A stretch of 63,800 nucleotides of DNA, the filler included, from Octopus bimaculoides (taxonomy: Eukaryota), in assembly GCF_001194135.2 (NCBI RefSeq). It is 3 parts of 3 records of this genome, joined end to end, with 100 filler letters (N's around TTAATTAATTAA, not from the genome) between each part and the next. Parts side by side here need not be neighbours in the genome. Positions count along the whole stretch, not along the records: positions 1 to 24,754 come from NC_068996.1; 2 more parts are not named here. One strand, 5' to 3'. The translations under genes were made by a program, and so were the position numbers. Below, in pieces: positions 1-9,779 of the stretch (the stretch's first letter is position 1; every line of letters begins with the position of its first letter). The notes under the pieces are model-generated. The model ran no database searches. It was not told the origin of the DNA and was given only the letters and a program-made list of their open reading frames with translations.

Positions 1-318
1 AAAGGTGACGCTTTAGATACAAATAATTACAGAGGCATCAAGCTGTTAGATCAGGTTATGAAAGTTACGGAGAGGGTCATAGTCCAACTAATTAGGGAGT
101 GAATCAATTTAGATGAGATGCAGTTTGGGTTCGTGCCAGGTAAAAGCACCACTGATGCCATATTTCTAGTAAGACAGCTGCAGGAGAAATACCTAGCCAA
201 GGATAAACCTCTGTACCTGGCCTTCATTGACATGGAGAAAGCCTTTGACAGGGTCCCCCGATCCCTTATCTGGTGGTCAATGAGGAAACTTGGGATAGAA
301 GAATGGTTAGCGAGAGCT
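1..318 (+). mobile_element. RTE-clade LINE reverse transcriptase fragment
   Basis: Translates as NYRGIKLL…QFGFVPGKSTTDAIFLVRQLQEKYL…AFIDMEKAFDRVPR; contains a stop codon and is truncated. Confidence 0.9.
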
Positions 319-507
319 GTGCATCCAACTGTAGAAGCCTTGCCAAAGCACTCACTTGACCATGATGCTGTCCTTGGAGAAGCTGAATCCTGTCAACCCA
401 TCCAACATGGAAAATGGATGTTTAATGATGGTGATGATGATGATGATTATGATTATTCCATACAAAGCTGTAATAGCACCATTTTCAAATGCAAAAAGAT
501 TTCTTAC

Positions 508-666
508 CAATGGATATCCAAGGTTGGCAGCTTTGAGTAATAACTTAATAGCTTCAGACTTTCCCTGACTTTTGTTAGCAACTTTTCCATGCAGGTGTAG
601 TACAGCCAGGTTAAATAATGCCCCACAATGGTCCTGATCAGCAGCATCTGTATAATATTTCACAGC
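508..666 (-). CDS. DELE1: DELE1-like coding exon with SEL1 repeats (AVKYYTDAADQDHCGALFNLAVLHLHG…EAIKLLLKAANLGYPL); gene continues beyond the left edge
   Basis: ttccag acceptor and gtaaga donor; 159 nt, phase 0-0. Continues the SEL1 array in frame. Confidence 0.9.
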
Positions 667-779
667 CTGGAATTGAATTTAAGTAGAAAGAAATGAAATC
701 AAAAATGAAACAAATTAGCCGTGTACTGCTCCAGCAATTTTTAAAGATTCATCTGCCTCTTCATTGATTTAAAGAAAAC

Positions 780-1000
780 TGTGATCATTACATCCGTAGT
801 AAAAGGTCCAGGAGGAACTGTTGAAAATTTTCATGGTCATTTCACTCCTAGCTCTCCTGATTTAAACCCCTTGGACTTCTATGTGTAGGGTGTTATGGAG
901 AGGGAAACCTATAAGCATGCCCAGACTCTATAGAGTCTGTATAGAATCTAACGAGCTGTCCACAAGGCTTTGGCTTTCATGGATACAAAAAACTTTGGTA
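780..1000 (+). mobile_element. Mariner/maT-like transposase remnant
   Basis: TPSSPDLNPLDFYV*GVMERETYKH at about 843-920 carries the SPDLNP-D motif. Confidence 0.6.
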
Positions 1001-1343
1001 ACTCTATGACTAAAATTTAAATTTTTGTTGTAACAATTACTGCTCTGTTCTTTAGAGTGTGCTTCTTTTCTGACATGTGTTTTGTTAATTAACTATATAC
1101 ATAGACATGCATATATGCACATAGAGTACATACATATATATTATCATCATCACCATTTAATGTCTGCTCTCCATGCTGGCATGGGTTAGACAGTTTAACT
1201 GGAGCTGATGAGCTGTACCAGGTTCCAGTCTGGTTTGACACAGTTTCTACAGTTGGATGCCATGCCAAACCAGACCGGAACCTGGTGCAGCTCTTTGGCT
1301 CATCAAATATATATATATATATATAATACACATACATACACTA

Positions 1344-2210
1344 CCGTGCAAAAGTCTTTGGCCACTTTAAGCTATTGTAAATTTCTACTAATTGCTAACT
1401 TATAAGTGGATGTTTTGCATTGAGTTTTTACAGATGAAACATTTGCCCTGTTGGAGTCATTTCCATACCTAACCGTGATATTTTGTAGTAGGGGTTCTGA
1501 ATGAGAGAGGAAGATGTGAGTTGACCACCAAAAATGGTCGTGCAAAAGTTTTCGGCCACCTCACATAAACCAATCAAGATACAGTGTTTTAAAACAGAAA
1601 AATGTTTATAATGAAAATTTATTACATAATGTTCATTTGAAGAAGTTATTGTACATTGTTAATATTTCGTGTGGCTTCCCTTAGTGTGAATAATTGCTTC
1701 AATGCACCTGGGAAGAGATGTGTACAAATCCTTCACCATCTTCACAGGTATGAAATGCCATTCTCTGTGGCTGAGCTCCGACAACTCTTCAAGATTGCGT
1801 GGATTCTTCTGACGAACACTTCGCTTTAATTCTGTCCACATTTCCTCAATGATATTTAAGTCAGAGCTCTGAACTGGCCAATCTTTCAATACAATGATAC
1901 CATCATCAGTCAGACTCTGTAGTGTTGCATGTGATCTGTGGCATGGGACTTCGTCATGCTGAAAAATCTCACCTTCATCCAAGTCTGCTATCAAATTGTC
2001 TTTCAACAACTGGATGTATTTGGCACTATTCAAGCTACTGTCAATTTTAACCAACTTTCTTGAACCATCACTTTTTATGTATCCCCAAAGCATCAGACTC
2101 TTACCCACAAACTTCACTGTTTTTGCTGTGTGACACAGGTTGTTTTGCTTTCCTGGAAGTCTTCTGACAAGTTCTTGCTTATGCCAGCATAGAAAGATGT
2201 TAACTGATGA
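1344..2210 (-). mobile_element. Tc1-like transposon, 3' half with IR/DR-type end
   Basis: ORF 1659-2117 has MLWGYI…FQHD…WPVQSSDLNIIEEMW (degenerate DD34E). The end is TA|CCGTGCAAAAGTCTTTGGCCAC at 1344, with an inner copy CGTGCAAAAGTTTTCGGCCAC at about 1539-1559. Confidence 0.9.
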
Positions 2211-2611
2211 AGATCATAATTCAGTTATTTACATAGGTGCGGGTGGCACATAAAATACACCATTTTGAGCATGGCCGTTGCCAGTACCGCTTGACTGGCC
2301 CTCGTGCCAGTGGCACATAAAAGTACCCACTACAATCTCAGAGTGGTTGGCGTTAGGAAGGGCATCCAGCTGTAGAAACTCTGCCAAATCAGATTGAAGC
2401 TTTGTGTAGCCATCTGGTTTCACCAGTCCTCAGTCAAATCGTCCAACCCATGCTAGCATGGAAAGCGGACGTTAAATGATGATGATGATGACTAAATATA
2501 ATTTTTCCAATTGATGTAGCCATGTATCTCCTCTACAACAAGACAATGATGATATGAGGATGTGATAGAATTAAAAAAACAAAAGAAGAAAACAAAGACC
2601 ATTTAACTAAC

Positions 2612-2854
2612 CTTTTTGATATTTCTCTCAACACCAGTTCCTTGATCATAACACAAACCCAAGTTGAAACTTGACTTTGAGTATCCAAGTTCTGCAGACT
2701 GCTTCCAGTAATTGATAGCTTTAGAATAATCTCCCATACTGGCAGCTTTCACTCCATTCAAGTACTTGTCCACACCAATCAACATATTTTCAGTCAAGTC
2801 CTTTATTTCTTGGGTAGCATTTTCTAAGTCTTGCTTGTGTTTCAAATCAACATC
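2612..2854 (-). CDS. DELE1: DELE1-like coding exon with first SEL1-like repeats (…GDYSKAINYWKQSAELGYSKSSFNLGLCYDQGTGVERNIKK)
   Basis: ctgcag acceptor and gttagt donor; 243 nt, phase 0-0. SEL1 motif A..GY..S.FNLGLCY..G.GV. Confidence 0.9.
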
Positions 2855-3145
2855 CTGCAGATATTTAAATAAAATGGTATTTACAACAAATCTCATATAT
2901 TTCAAGTACAATTTGTGATTGAAAATATTACTTTCTTTTGTGAAATTATAATCATTCTTTTGTCTAGAATGTTAGTGGGGTATTATATAGAAGTTTTCCC
3001 TTCCTGACAACATGGAAGGGATTTCTTCAAAGCAGTAATTATTATTATTATTATTATTCTGTTGTGGATCTCAAAGCATATAATGTTATAAATAATAGCT
3101 TGAAAATGTTTGGTATAGAAACCCTTTTGGATAGAAAAAGTCAAA

Positions 3146-3214
3146 GGCTGCCCATAGGACTTGAACCCACATCTACTGTAGACATGGCAGATGTTCTACT
3201 ATTGGACCAAAGCC
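3146..3214 (-). repeat. Degenerate tRNA-like sequence (pseudogene or SINE head), with a partial second copy at about 3389-3445
   Basis: A-box-like TGGTCCAATAG and B-box GGTTCAAGTCC with a T-arm; T-run downstream. The acceptor and anticodon stems are broken. Confidence 0.4.
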
Positions 3215-3525
3215 AATCCTTTGAATTTCTTTCTAAATTTTAGAAACTTTATTCTTATCAATCAGAATTGTATGTTGTTGATATTATAAGAATTTATAAA
3301 CTTTTACAAGAATGTGAAATAATTCTTTTTTTGGAATAATATATCTTGAAGCACATACATAAAGCTTTAAACGATATCTTGTAAAAAACCCTTTTGGATA
3401 GAAAAAGTCAACAACTGCCCTTGGGACCTGAACTTGAATCTTCTGTGATCTTTAGTTCTTTAAAATAAAACAAAACCCAAAGCAAGAACACAAGAACATA
3501 AAAACAAAAGGAAATGGTAACTCAC

Positions 3526-3696
3526 ATCTTCCTCTGTGGAATTTACCACTGATCTCTTCTGGGTGGAATCAAAGATTGCTGCTTGGTTAAAGGGGAAGAC
3601 AAAGGTTAGATACTTCAGCAAAGATTGTTTGCTGAAGGTATCGTGGTACTTGAGGTACTGTTGATTGAAATGTAGACCAAGGATTACGATAGTACC
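3526..3696 (-). CDS. DELE1: DELE1-like coding exon (GTIVILGLHFNQQ...NSTEED)
   Basis: ttctctttctcacacag acceptor and gtgagt donor; 171 nt, phase 0-0. Begins with a hydrophobic GTIVILGL segment. Confidence 0.8.
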
Positions 3697-3752
3697 CTGT
3701 GTGAGAAAGAGAAACATTGTGAAACAATAAAAATGCTTAATTATACATTCAA

Positions 3753-4055
3753 CCGTTCAGCATACAAATTACTCTATGGAATTTAATGCTTACTTATTCA
3801 AGTTGCTTTGAATTAATCATGCATTATTTTGTAGCTGTGATTGTTTAGTTTTAAGAATGACATTGTAGGGTAGGTGTAAGAGACCAGATATGGCCAGTTT
3901 GACCCTAAAACTAACAGGATAACTGGGCCAGAAATTTTTAAATGCTAAAAACAACCGACATTGTAGGGTAGACATGAAAGGCTGGATCTGGTCAGTTTGA
4001 ACATAAAGCTGGGACAATACTTGCACTGGATACGGCCAATTTAAATGCTAAAGAG
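3753..4055. mobile_element. piggyBac-like MITE (degenerate, internal duplication)
   Basis: Same family as 13355-13565; ends ccgttcagcat / aatgctaaagag in TTAA-like flanks. Confidence 0.5.
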
Positions 4056-4334
4056 TCAAAGGTGAAACACAATGATTATGTGAGGTTAATCCACTGGATC
4101 CTATTGCTATGGATCATATCTCATTTAAAACAACCACAACACCAACAACAACTATTTGTACCATAACAAACCACTACTCTATAACCACCACCACCCCTTT
4201 AATACACAACTATTACTACAGTCATTGCTGTAGTAATCATCCTCACTCTCTCTCCTGAAAGTGAGTAACCATGTAGTTCTTCTATAAGAACCTGCTTGCA
4301 CCCCAAAAGCCTTCCCTCCTCTCATACTCTATAC

Positions 4335-4398
4335 CAGTGGTTTCCAACCTGGGGTTCGCAAAGGTAGTACTGGGGGGACCGTGAACTAAATTTAAAAT

Positions 4399-4433
<35 letters not shown>

Positions 4434-4489
4434 ATATTAAAAGGGGTGCATGGGAAAACTTATTTAAATAAAAGTGTTGAGAACCACTG
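4335..4489. mobile_element. hAT (Charlie-like) MITE
   Basis: TIRs CAGTGGTTTCCAAC / GTTGAGAACCACTG; 8-bp TSD CTCTATAC / CTCTGTAC. Confidence 0.85.
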
Positions 4490-4859
4490 CTCTGTACCCT
4501 CCTCTCCTCACATAAATGCAACTCAGCTCTGCCCCTGGGGATTTTGCACAGTCTTATGAGCATCATGGAAATCTCAGTAGTATCAGTGGCACAAAAAAAA
4601 GCACCCAGCACACCCTGTAAGGTCATTAACATTAGGGAGAGAATCCAGCTGTAAAATTCATGCAAAAGTAGATAGACATGGGAGTAGTATGATGTAATCC
4701 TTGGGCCCATCAGACCCTGCCAATCCGTCCAACCTATACCAGCATAGAACATGGGTGTTAAATAATGATGATGATGATGATGATTGCTGCTCTCACTATC
4801 ACCACTACAACTGCAGCTGCTACCAGTTGTTACTGCATGTCTTGTGTATAACTCTTAAT

Positions 4860-5385
4860 TGCATCCAGTGGTGAGGCCCTGGTTCGGGAGTTCCAAGATC
4901 CTGAGGAGTATGGAACCACCCCCTTAACTATTATTTGTTCTCAGGTCAAGCAGCACATGTCATGGTCCCAGCTATGGGCTAATCCACATATTAGGGCTTG
5001 CCTACCTATGTATGTAAAGAGTGGATCTGGCAGACTCTGTACAAGAAACCTCCATGGCTCACACAAGGAGAAGGCATCTGCAGCAATGCATTGTGGAGTG
5101 CTTAGAACAAGATGACACAAGTAAGATACCTGTCTTGACCTGGTCTTGGTACCAGGCTGAAGGTGGTCAGTGACAAGAGAGTGAAGATGATGGTGTGCAA
5201 CGCTTCACTTTAAAGAAAGTCACAACCTAAGTCATCAGTCATCCATAATGGTGACCAGATGACCCTTGTCACTTTGATGGACAAACATGCATAGTGAGAT
5301 GATAAGCTCCTTGTCAGAGGCACCAAGGAGGAATTTAAGCTCAGACTATAAAGAGTTGGAACGATGAACACTAAATTCCACCTGC
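4860..5385 (+). mobile_element. Probable degenerate 5' end of an RTE LINE
   Basis: Ends in L*RVGTMN, resembling the LRxGTxNV start of RTE AP-endonuclease ORFs. Confidence 0.35.
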
Positions 5386-5419
5386 CCACTGCCCTGTAGA
5401 TGTACTTCATTCACAGGCC

Positions 5420-5835
5420 CAGTCATGGCTGTGTGATAAGAAGTTTGTATCCCAGACACATGGTTTTGGGTTCAGTCCCACTATGTGGCACCTTGGACAA
5501 GTGTCTTCTACTACAGCCCGGGGTAGGCCAATTCTTGTTACTGGATTTGGCAGACGGAAACTAAAAGAAGCCCATTCTATGTGTGTGTGTTTAGTGTGAG
5601 TGTATATGTTACTGTCTCCTTACCATGACATCACATGATAGTTGTAAATGAATATCATCATGATGGAAGCAGTGTTATTTATTTCCATGTCTGACCCTGG
5701 GGGAAATATTACCTCATTTGGAAACAGTTGAGGGTTAGTGACAGGAAGGGCACCCAGCCATAGTAAATCTGCCTCAACAAATTCTGTGCAACCCATGCAA
5801 GCATGGAAAAGTGGATGTTAAAACAATGATGATGA
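5420..5835 (+). mobile_element. tRNA-derived CORE-like SINE with central (TG)n and RTE-type 3' tail
   Basis: A/B-box head, then GGCACCTTGG(G/A)CAAGT CORE-like motif, then a tail …CATGGAAAAGTGGATGTTAAA(GAT)n shared with the RTE 3' end at about 23160. Related copies at about 5935-6335, 12020-12400, 14000-14390, 14630-15030 and 15260-15690. Confidence 0.75.
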
Positions 5836-6390
5836 TAGCCCCAACCTCGTACAAAGGATCAAAGACAAAGTTAATCTAAGTGGGATTTGAACTCAGAGCA
5901 CAAATACCATGGACATTAGGACTGCATCATCATCACCATCTAATGTCTACTATTCCGTGCTTGTGCAGGTTGAATGGAGTTTTTTTTTGAGGCAGATTTT
6001 CTATGCCTGGATGCTCTTCCTGTCATCAAACAATGTAATATTTTCCCATGACCTGAAATGTTCTTGTAGAATATTGGAAATGGAAGACACTGTTTGCATG
6101 GCAGAGACACTCGTTTATAACCATCACAAAATGTCATGACAAAGAGATACAAATATATACCCACACATGTACATACATCCAGACGTGTTTCTTTTTAGTT
6201 TCTATCAAATTCACTCACAAAGCTTTGGTTGGCCTGGGGCTATAGCTGAAGATACTTGCCCAAGGTGCCACACAGTGTGACTGAACATGGAACCATGTGC
6301 TTGGGAAGCAAACTTCTTACCACATAGCCACACCTGTGCCTATGTTTAACTAAATAGAAATGAAAAGAAAGCAGTTTTAGTGGAACTTAC

Positions 6391-6511
6391 GCAACCAATA
6401 ATGCCAAGTGCTTTCGATGGATTTGTGTGATAAGACGAAAAGTTTCCATTGTAATTCTTCCATTTTTCTTTAGGGTTACAGTTTTCTTGAAGAGGAAGAT
6501 CGACTGATTTG
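6391..6511 (-). CDS. DELE1: DELE1-like coding exon (IKSVDLPLQENCNPKEKWKNYNGNFSSYHTNPSKALGIIGC)
   Basis: tttgcag acceptor and gtaagt donor; 121 nt, phase 2 to phase 0, open frame. Too short to appear in the ORF track. The join GIIGC|GTIVILGL parallels the vertebrate DELE1 segment DAISWGTLAVLAL (recalled from memory). Confidence 0.75.
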
Positions 6512-6543
6512 CTGCAAATGGAAAATATATGTATTTATGTTAA

Positions 6544-7040
6544 CTCTTCAGCTTTCACATTATTCTGATGATAAATGTAATATTTATTTATTTACATTAT
6601 TTACAATTGACGGATATTTGTACTCATCTTGTTTGTTGTTAACACATTTCAGCTGATATACCCTCCAGCCTTCATCAGGTGTCCTGGGGGAATTTTGAAC
6701 CTGGGTTCTCATTCCTAAGGTATTTTTCGATGTTAATATTATTATAATTATTATTATTCAGGTCACTGCCCGAAATAGAACTTGGAATCTTCGGGTTAGT
6801 AGCCCGCGCTCTTAACCACAACGCCATATGCCCACGGGCATATGGCGTAGTGGTTTATTTATTCACATTATTTTGAATTAATCATGGGATTATCTTGTAG
6901 CTTCAAGATTTTGGTTATGTGATAGCTTATCTGTAGAATGACTTTGTAAGGAGAGGTGTGAGAGATCAGATCTGGCTGGTTTGAACATAAAACAAGGTAG
7001 GGTATCTGGGCCTGATATGGCTGGTTTAAACACTAAAGGG
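6544..7040. mobile_element. piggyBac-like MITE interrupted by the tRNA-hammerhead element
   Basis: TTAA|CTCTTCAGC … CTAAAGGG|TGAA ends. The body matches 13355-13565 on both sides of the insert. Confidence 0.6.
6589..6855 (-). mobile_element. Composite SINE-like element: tRNA head, (AAT)n, hammerhead-containing tail
   Basis: Minus strand reads GGGCATATGGCG.TGTGGTTAAG…AGTTCTATT (A/B-box-like), an AAT run, then GACAC-CTGATGA-AGGCTG…CAGCTGAAATGTG and a (TAAA)n tail. Flanked by TATTTATT at 6581-6588 and 6856-6863. Confidence 0.7.
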
Positions 7041-8238
7041 TGAATGGTATAGCAGGTTTTTTTTTTCTCAGAAACTATTAGCTCCTTAATTACACCTCCC
7101 AATTATTTGAACTGACTCTTATAAGGTAGGCTAGCCAGGTATCACATGTATAGCACAACACCTATACTTGTTCATCTATCATAGAAGGGGTAGAGTATTT
7201 GAGGGAAAGGAGTTTTATGCTAAGGACAAGAACAGGTACCTTGCTGTACAGAAGATACATGCCTATTCCACAATGTGAAGTGTAGTAGTAGTAGTAGTAA
7301 TTGGGAAGAGGATAAAAGATGGTAGTGATAGGGTGCTAGAGCAAACTATTAAAGTACAAGAAAGTGAGAATAAGAGAGGATATGGTCAGTGGGTCAGGGA
7401 AGGGAAAAGAGGGTGGGTACTTTCATAAGTGTGTGAGGGGAGAGTAACAGATGGTTAAAGAACGAGGGTGGAGGACATATACCTGTATAGAGAGGGAGCT
7501 CAATAAAGATAGATGAGAAGGTAAGGGGATAATAAGAAAGGTGTAGGAATGGTGAGGAGGGAAATGTAGGTGTACATAAGGGTAGCTGGAGGCTCTGCCT
7601 GCTGCCAATCCTCATCTGTTTCCAAGCATAGTGAAACATGTTCTTGTGGAATAATGATAATGAATGACACTGCTTGTTTGACAGAGACAATCATTTATAT
7701 AACAATCATGTGATGTCAAGACAGAGAAGCAAACACATAAACCGTCATCATAATTTTATGTCCATTTTCCATGCTGGCATGGTTGGAGAGCTGCACAGGC
7801 TACAACTGTCTGTTTTGGTATGATTTCTATGGTTGAATGCTCTTCCTAACACCAAACACTTTACTGAGTCGGCTAGGTGCTTTAACTGTGACACCAGCAC
7901 GGATGCCTCTATATGGCACTGGCACAGGTGTTTTTATGTGGCACCTGGACAGTGCTTTTATGTGGCACCTGCTCAGTGCTTTTATGTGGCACCTGCACCC
8001 ATGAGTCTGCAAGACAAGGATCTTTCGGCTGGAGCTTTTTTACAGTTTCATCTACCAAATCCACTCACAAGGCTTTGGGTGGTCTGGGGACAATAGTAGG
8101 AGACACTTGTCCAAGGTGCCATGCAGTGGAATTGAACCTGAAAGGATGTGATTGGGAAGCAATCTTACCACTCAGTCATGCACAAAGATATATTACAAAA
8201 TTAATCAACGAATGTATACAAAAATTAATTATACTCAC

Positions 8239-8359
8239 ATATCACAGAACTGTGTATTAGTCTGCTGTGGTTCGTCACAATTTTCGTAGACTTTCTCAGA
8301 ATCTTTCTGCAGATTCTTCAAAGAATTATGAACCAAAGATTGCCAGCGTGCCCGAAATA
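8239..8359 (-). CDS. DELE1: DELE1-like coding exon (VFRARWQSLVHNSLKNLQKDSEKVYENCDEPQQTNTQFCD)
   Basis: Long polypyrimidine tract plus tag acceptor and a gtgagt donor. 121 nt, phase 1 to phase 2, matching both neighbouring exons. Confidence 0.7.
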
Positions 8360-8907
8360 CTACACAACCAGACAAAAAGACAAGAATAAAAAAGTGAGAG
8401 AAAAAGAGTAAGAAAAAGGTGTTTTGATTAACTGAAATAAAGATTTTAGGAAAATGAAGGGCACCTGCTTCTTCTCCCAACCACATAAGCATTGGGTTAG
8501 TTTCACTGCGTGGCACTTTAGGCAAGTGTCTTTTACTGACAGTGACTTTGAAGTTTTGGTCAGCTAACCCATCACTGAACTGTTGTGTGTGTGTGTGTGT
8601 GTGTGCATGCATGTGTATGTGTGCATGCATACATAGATATGTGTGTATTTGTGTATGTCCTCCACCACTGCTTGACAACCAGTGATGGTTTGTTTACACA
8701 CCCATAATTTAATGGATTGATAAAAGGAGACTAATGCAATATTTGGAAAATAAATACTGGGGTCAATTTGCTTGACTAAAACCCTTTAGGTGGTGCTGCA
8801 GCAAGGCTGTAGTCCAATGACTGAAACAAATAAAATGGGGTGTGTGTGTGTGTATGGGGGGGGGGGCTAACATATAAAAAACGGGGACATAAACACACGA
8901 AGCGATG

Positions 8908-8946
<39 letters not shown>

Positions 8947-9439
8947 AGGTATATCATCATCATCGTTTAACGTCCACTTTCCATGCTAGCATGGGTTGGA
9001 CAATTTGACTAGGACTGGTGAACCAAATGGCTACACCAGGCTCCAATTTGATTTGGCAGAGTTTCTATAGCTGGATGCCCTTCTTAATGACAACCACTCT
9101 GAGAGTGTAGTGGGTGCTTTTACGTGCCACCTGCACAGGATCTTGCTCGAATGTCTTTTCACGTGCCACTGGCATAAGTGCCAGGAAGGCGACGTTGGGA
9201 TCACGCTCAAACGGTGCTATTTACATGCCATCGGCACGGTATATGTAATGGAACCATAATCATCAGAACCCCATACAAAGTTGCCCACTGCCATAGGTGC
9301 GCGTGTATATGGTTCTGCTAATTACAGCTTAATGGTAAAATTCAAAAGTCTTCGTTTTGGCGCGCTAATTCCAGGAATATGTCTGCAGAAAATATTTACT
9401 GCGTTGCATATATCCAGTATGAGAACTCGGTAAGGGTTA

Positions 9440-9779
9440 ATATATTATTAATAAATAGGGTAAAAAATCATATATTAATTAATATCGATTAATTACCAGG
9501 AAGTTAGCACATTTAAAGAATCAAAGAGATTCAGCAACGGTATCTGCAATCTCAGGGGATTAAAGTACAAGGTCTTATTAGACACAAGATGTAATCTATT
9601 TCTAGCACATTGAATGTCCACGTTAGTGGTCAACATCATATATAAAAATGTACTTTAATCCCCTGAGATTGCAGATACTGTTTTTGAATCTCCTTGATTC
9701 TTTAAATGTGCTAGCTTCCTGGTAATTAATCGATATTAATTAATATATGATTTTTTACCCTATTTTTTAAATAATATAT
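9440..9779. repeat. Long inverted repeat, about 130-bp arms (9440-9569 / 9649-9779) with an 80-bp spacer
   Basis: AATAGGGTAAAAAATCATATATTAATTAATATCGATTAATTACCAGGAAG…GGGGATTAAAGTACA is reverse-complemented downstream with few mismatches; abuts a gap. Confidence 0.9.

Noticed and set aside
3146-3214. Functional tRNA gene
   Set aside because: Acceptor and anticodon stems do not pair; kept only as a tRNA-like relic.
4860-4960. HDV-like ribozyme at the putative RTE 5' end
   Set aside because: I could not fit the nested double pseudoknot by eye.
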